Assembly: GCA_000002435.2 (NCBI GenBank)
Contig: CM018791.1
Strand: one strand, 5' to 3'
Length of the DNA: 64,000 nucleotides
DNA from: Giardia intestinalis
Taxonomy: Eukaryota
The notes under the pieces are model-generated. The model was given only the letters and a program-made list of their open reading frames with translations. It did not search any database and was not told the origin of the DNA. Position 1 is the stretch's first letter, and every line of letters starts with the position of its first letter. Shown piece by piece: positions 59,912 through 64,000 of this stretch. The position numbers were made by a program, and so were the translations under genes.

Positions 59912-62900
59912 TTATCTTCGCTGTTTTCTGCCAGTCACTGGGAGATCCGTTGCTTCGCTTTGCGGCTGCGGATTAGCTGCTTCAGCACACTCTATTTCAC
60001 CGTCCTCATTATAAAACGAGGTTTTCTTGGTATCGCTTTGATAGACACTCTGCTTCTTAACTTGGCGCGGTCCTGTTCTGCGTTGATTGATGGACACAGT
60101 TATAGTGTCGCTTTCAGAAGGAATACAAGCGATGTTTTGGAGCACAGACGATGCTATGCGATTTGTACCTGAATTACTGTTGTCCTTATGGGACGATTCT
60201 TTAGTTCCTACGTGAAGTACTTGTGGGTCATTGCTGCTATTGTAGTGGGGATCAAGTGAGATCTGCTTGTCCCTGCGGACTACTGAAGACGCCAACTGAT
60301 CATTCCATTGACGACTATTAGATCCAACGGATGCACTCCCAGCTGGTCGATCTTTGGAAACCGACGGCTCTTGCCTGGAAGCCACTTTGGCTGCAGAGGC
60401 ATGAATAGCCGACTGTTCACCAGATCGGGCGCTGAAAACATCATCAGGGGCTGTGTGAACACTAATCTGTTCTGGGTCGCGGAATCGCGAGGGGTGATCA
60501 CTTGTAGGTTGATGTGCTTCGCTGAACAATCCCATATCCAGTTTAGATTCGGCTTCCGTTGGAGCAGACGTCCTGTGAGTCGAATAATCTGTGTGATACG
60601 ACGATATTGGACCGATCGTAAGATCTTGTGGCAAAGGATCATTGAGGGCTATTCGATGATTAATTTGTGGAGCAATCGATTCATGTGTAGTCGATGATTC
60701 AATGGAGGGTGTTCTAATAGGTCTATAGGACGTTTCAGAGGCAGGTTCAGAGGATGGCTTCTCTCTTTCCAAGCTTTTGACGCGCGGAGGCAATCGGGCG
60801 TGCTGAACCTTAGCAGGGGAATGATGCTCCTGAGTAGCCACAGCAGTCTTATGCTGTTCAGAGTTTTTGGTCCATGACATGTTTAACTCCTGAACCTGTA
60901 CATCTATCTCTTCCAATTGTAGGCTTCGCTTAGACGAACTACTAGGCTCCTTAGAGAAGTGCTTAATAAGGGAAGCCGGCTCCATTGAGATTGATGGAGA
61001 CCTGGTTTGATGTTGCTGGCTTGGCAATACTGTTGATGAACTAGATAATGCCGTTGAATGTTCTGTCGCCTGTGTGGACGAGTTCAGCTCTACCACAGGG
61101 ATGGAACCTCGTGCAACTGTTGCACTTTGAACGGTAGTGGCAGTGCATGCAAAAAAGTCTTGAGCAACATAAGGGTCAGAGGGATCCATCTTAGATCCCT
61201 CAGTAGGCAGATAAGAACTTGTATCATGAGATACATCATCTGGAGCAGGAGTCTTCTCTAAAGATGCCGCAGGGTTTGCAATACGTTTGGGAGAACAGAG
61301 AGTTCGGGAAGGCATAGTCTCAACGGGTGGGAGGGTAGTTAGAGAAGAAAGAGCTGGCTCAGTGAAGGTAGGCAGGGGAAGCTCTATAGTTGATACAACA
61401 ACTGGGCTGTTAGGAATCAAAATTGTATCAATATTTGTGGTCGTTTCATATAATGCAGCCGAGAACGAATCCTGCCGCTCATGTTTAGAAACATCAATAC
61501 TTCCAGGAATTATTTGAACGATAGATTGCTCTGCAAGGAAGTTGGAAATAAGATCGTCCTTGTGTTGTGGCTGAATGTTAGCAGGAAGGCTGGCATGGTT
61601 TAGTATTAAAGCTGGCTGTTCAAGGCTTGTAGTTATTGATAGATTATTAGTGGAATAGAGCTCGTCGATAATGGATGTTTCCAGTGGCGCTGTAGCCATG
61701 GCCTGCGAGTCCTGATCAGCATACATCTCTTCGATGATAGACTTTGTCACAGATGCGGAACGCAATGGTAGTGTAGGTGCACTGCTATGCATTTGCTGCA
61801 CATAATTGGACAGGCGCGGCCCTTCGGTAAATTGTGCCGGTATTGGGGCTTCCAAGTCTTCTAGTTGCAGACGAGATTCTTCTGCAAGCAGAGAGGAGCG
61901 TTGTGTTGGAAGTGTAGAGGTTGCCACCTCAGCCGTAGCGTTAGGAATTTGCAATGAACTTGAAGCCTGCGAGGAGGCGTGAAATTCGGCGAGGGAACGC
62001 GGAAATCCTTCTAGTTCGCTAGATGCATCCCTTGCATGTGACACCCGCACAGAGGGCAGCGCTTTCACAATTGATTTTTCAAGGGTAGTCGGAATTGTGC
62101 TTATATGGTGGACAAGTCCAGTAACGTCTTCTCCGATGACATCTACGGGAGTGAAGGCACGAGACAAGAGATACTCATTACTGTGTTGCGGAATAGTTGA
62201 ATGAGATCTGGAGATAGAAACGGCCGGAAGGGCTTTAGAGCTAATGGGGCCATCAGCCATGCTCATCTCTTCCAAGATAGAAAGATTGTTTTCGCGTACC
62301 TGACTATAGTTTGAAAATTGAGGTGGCGGGAGGTCTGGGAATACCAAATTGGTGCTGGCACCTGGAACTGTTCCCAGAATAGACGCATTAGCAGCAAACG
62401 GAACTGTTTCAATAAATGTATGTGCTGCTGTACAGTCAGTCATTATGTAAGGAGTGGATGGAGCTGAGCGCCTAGAAATAGACGGCTCCTTGGACCACAC
62501 GGTGGGCTTTGGTTTGCGGATTACAGTTGCTCGATACTCCTTTGTGGGAGGAATCGAAGGACTGGTGACCTGCTTGACCTCATTTGTAACAGAAATAATC
62601 GGCGGTGTCTGTTTGATTAATTCGTTAGCAGAGGTAGACACATGTGGAGCAGGTTGGTGAGGAGCCAGTTCCTTGAGAGTCTGTTCTGGTCGAGGTTGTT
62701 CGCAAGAAGGAGTTCTAGACCTCTTAGAAGAGTGCATAACTAAAGAGTCCGATGGGCTATGGGTTTCCTCATAGGTCTCCTCCGGCTGCTCCGCCAGTAA
62801 GTCGCACGTTTCAAATTCGTCTAGCTGACCTTCGCAACCAGGCTCATCCGGAAAATCTAACGGTTTATGTGCCCGTTTAATCGTGGATCGCGACAGGGTA

Positions 62901-64000
62901 ATAACGTGAGCTGGACTGGCGGGCTGAGGACAGAAACCTTTCGAGGAATCGCTAGATAGTAAACCCGGCTCTCTGGCAGTAGCGAATGTCATAGTGACCT
63001 CTGGAACCATAGTGCTCTGAGCTGAATTTGGTCTGGAGAGCTGAGTAGTAGAAGATACTGCTGGTGTTTCAGAGATGTCCATCAAGCTGCTGAGTACTGT
63101 TGTATGGTCCTGGAGTGGTTTATCAAACGACTTGCTTTCTAAATTAATAGTATTAATAGTTGATGGGTCAGCAAGAAAGTTTCGATGATGTGGATTTTCA
63201 ACCACGTGAGAATCAGCTGCAAATGTCAAAATCATCTGAGTTACAGTTACATCTTCGTCTAGTGTACTTTCAGTAGAGCTTCTTGATTGGACAGAAGAGC
63301 TTTCCTTAGAACCTAAAGTAGTAGAGGATAGAACTTGAGGATGCTCACCAGCGTTTTCCTGGGCAATTGATGAATACTGATCTTGAGAATTTTGTTTAGG
63401 CACTTCATTGGAAGAATGCTTGATTAAAAATGAAGACTCGTGAGTTAAGGGCCTAGATAACGAATTTTCTTCTGCCTTATTTTGTGAATGCATAAAGTTC
63501 TCAATCAAAATATCGTAAGAAGTATCTCCATTACCATAAACATCTGTATTTAGCAAAGTATCCTCACACACCGTGTCTTCTGCCAAGGGCTTCTTTTGGT
63601 TTGTTCTCGATGCATCGGTAGGTTTTAATTTCCGTAAAGGTGGAAGGGATGATAAGGAATACGTTAGAACAAGCTCACTAACAGGTACATCTTCATTATC
63701 ACAAGCTGGAGTAAGTACTCCCTCATGTATATCGTTAACTACAAGAAGGTCTTCGACGGGCTCCGCGGGCTCTGCAAGGCGTGCCTCCTCGGGCTCCTCA
63801 ACGGGCGCTTCAGGTTCTTCGACGGGCTCCGCGGGTCTGCAAGGCGTGCCTCCTCGGGCTCCTCAACGGGCGCTTCAGGTTCTTCGACGGGCTCCGCGGG
63901 GTCTGCAAGGCGTGCCTCCTCGGGCTCCTCAACGGGCGCTTCAGGTTCTTCGACGGGCTCCGCGGGCTCTGCAAGGCGTGCCTCCTCGGGCTCCTCAACG
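59912..64000 (-). CDS. very large Ser/Thr/Pro-rich low-complexity protein, partial; N-terminal acidic 22-aa repeats continue beyond the window
   Basis: Track start 63586 is TTG. The frame is stop-free upstream to 63862 with no ATG, and the first in-frame ATG downstream is 63493. The stop at 63865..63863 is created by a 1-bp deletion in copy 2 of a 66-bp repeat. Copy 1 in frame reads AEPAEPVEEPEAPVEEPEEARL. Confidence 0.5.
63745..64000. repeat. 66-bp tandem repeat (>=3.8 copies to window end); unit gacgggctccgcgggctctgcaaggcgtgcctcctcgggctcctcaacgggcgcttcaggttcttc
   Basis: Anchor 'cttcgacggg' at 63751, 63817, 63882, 63948 (periods 66/65/66). Copy 2 lacks one c (gcgggtctgc). Copy 3 has c>g (gcggggtctgc). 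Confidence 0.85.

Noticed and set aside
63810-63998. 62-aa basic ORF (RSPRRHALQTPRSPSKNLKRPL repeats) at the right edge
   Set aside because: It is an alternative frame of the 66-bp repeat, beginning with TTG. The acidic frame is the one continuous with the downstream 1,224-aa gene.
1-64000. Looked for a prokaryotic defence or novel operon-type 'system', as the prompt suggests
   Set aside because: Gene content (histone H3, VSP, PP2C, myotubularin, CAF1, NEK kinases) is unambiguously eukaryotic. The novelty lies in the satellite-kinase fusion and the kinase Cys motif, not in a defence island.

Overview
This window is eukaryotic. Several hallmarks point to a Giardia-type diplomonad nuclear contig. 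There is a variant-specific surface protein ending ...CRGKA* (48582..50489, minus). There are seven NEK-like kinase paralogs. There is a 'TALM' ankyrin (21.1-type) protein. Genes are intronless and densely packed.

About 33 genes are supported. The recognisable ones are:
- PP2C phosphatase
- 21.1-type ankyrin protein
- HMG-CoA synthase
- a divergent histone H3 variant (CenH3/H3B-like)
- asparagine-synthetase-domain protein
- RING finger protein
- Tad3-like deaminase
- CAF1 deadenylase
- myotubularin phosphatase
- TGS-uridine kinase
- a VSP
- two paralogous coiled-coil proteins

The dominant non-genic feature is a 15.4 kb array of 51-bp tandem repeats (7690..23106), interrupted by a 9,347-bp run of N (assembly gap, 11719..21065). 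The 51-bp period equals 17 codons, and 5 of 6 reading frames are stop-free across it. This creates many phantom ORFs in the supplied track, including the 3,000+ aa 'X' ORFs across the gap.

The most unusual observations:
- One NEK-like kinase gene (22314..25631, minus) runs without a stop codon from unique sequence straight into this satellite, predicting a (MPGQVGPSTHLVDRGNS)n C-terminal tail.
- A CxCGG-x4-CC cysteine knuckle recurs 25-45 residues after the kinase domain in 5 of the 7 NEK-like genes.
- All seven NEK-like kinases have degenerate HRD/DFG catalytic motifs.

The ORF track labels TTG and GTG codons as 'M'. I re-derived ATG starts for 5446, 25656, 32313, 36558, 37332, 41034, 55919, 58227 and 59912. 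A truncated 371-codon open frame at the left edge (1..1113, minus) is missing from the track.

No prokaryotic defence, CRISPR or mobile-element system is present.
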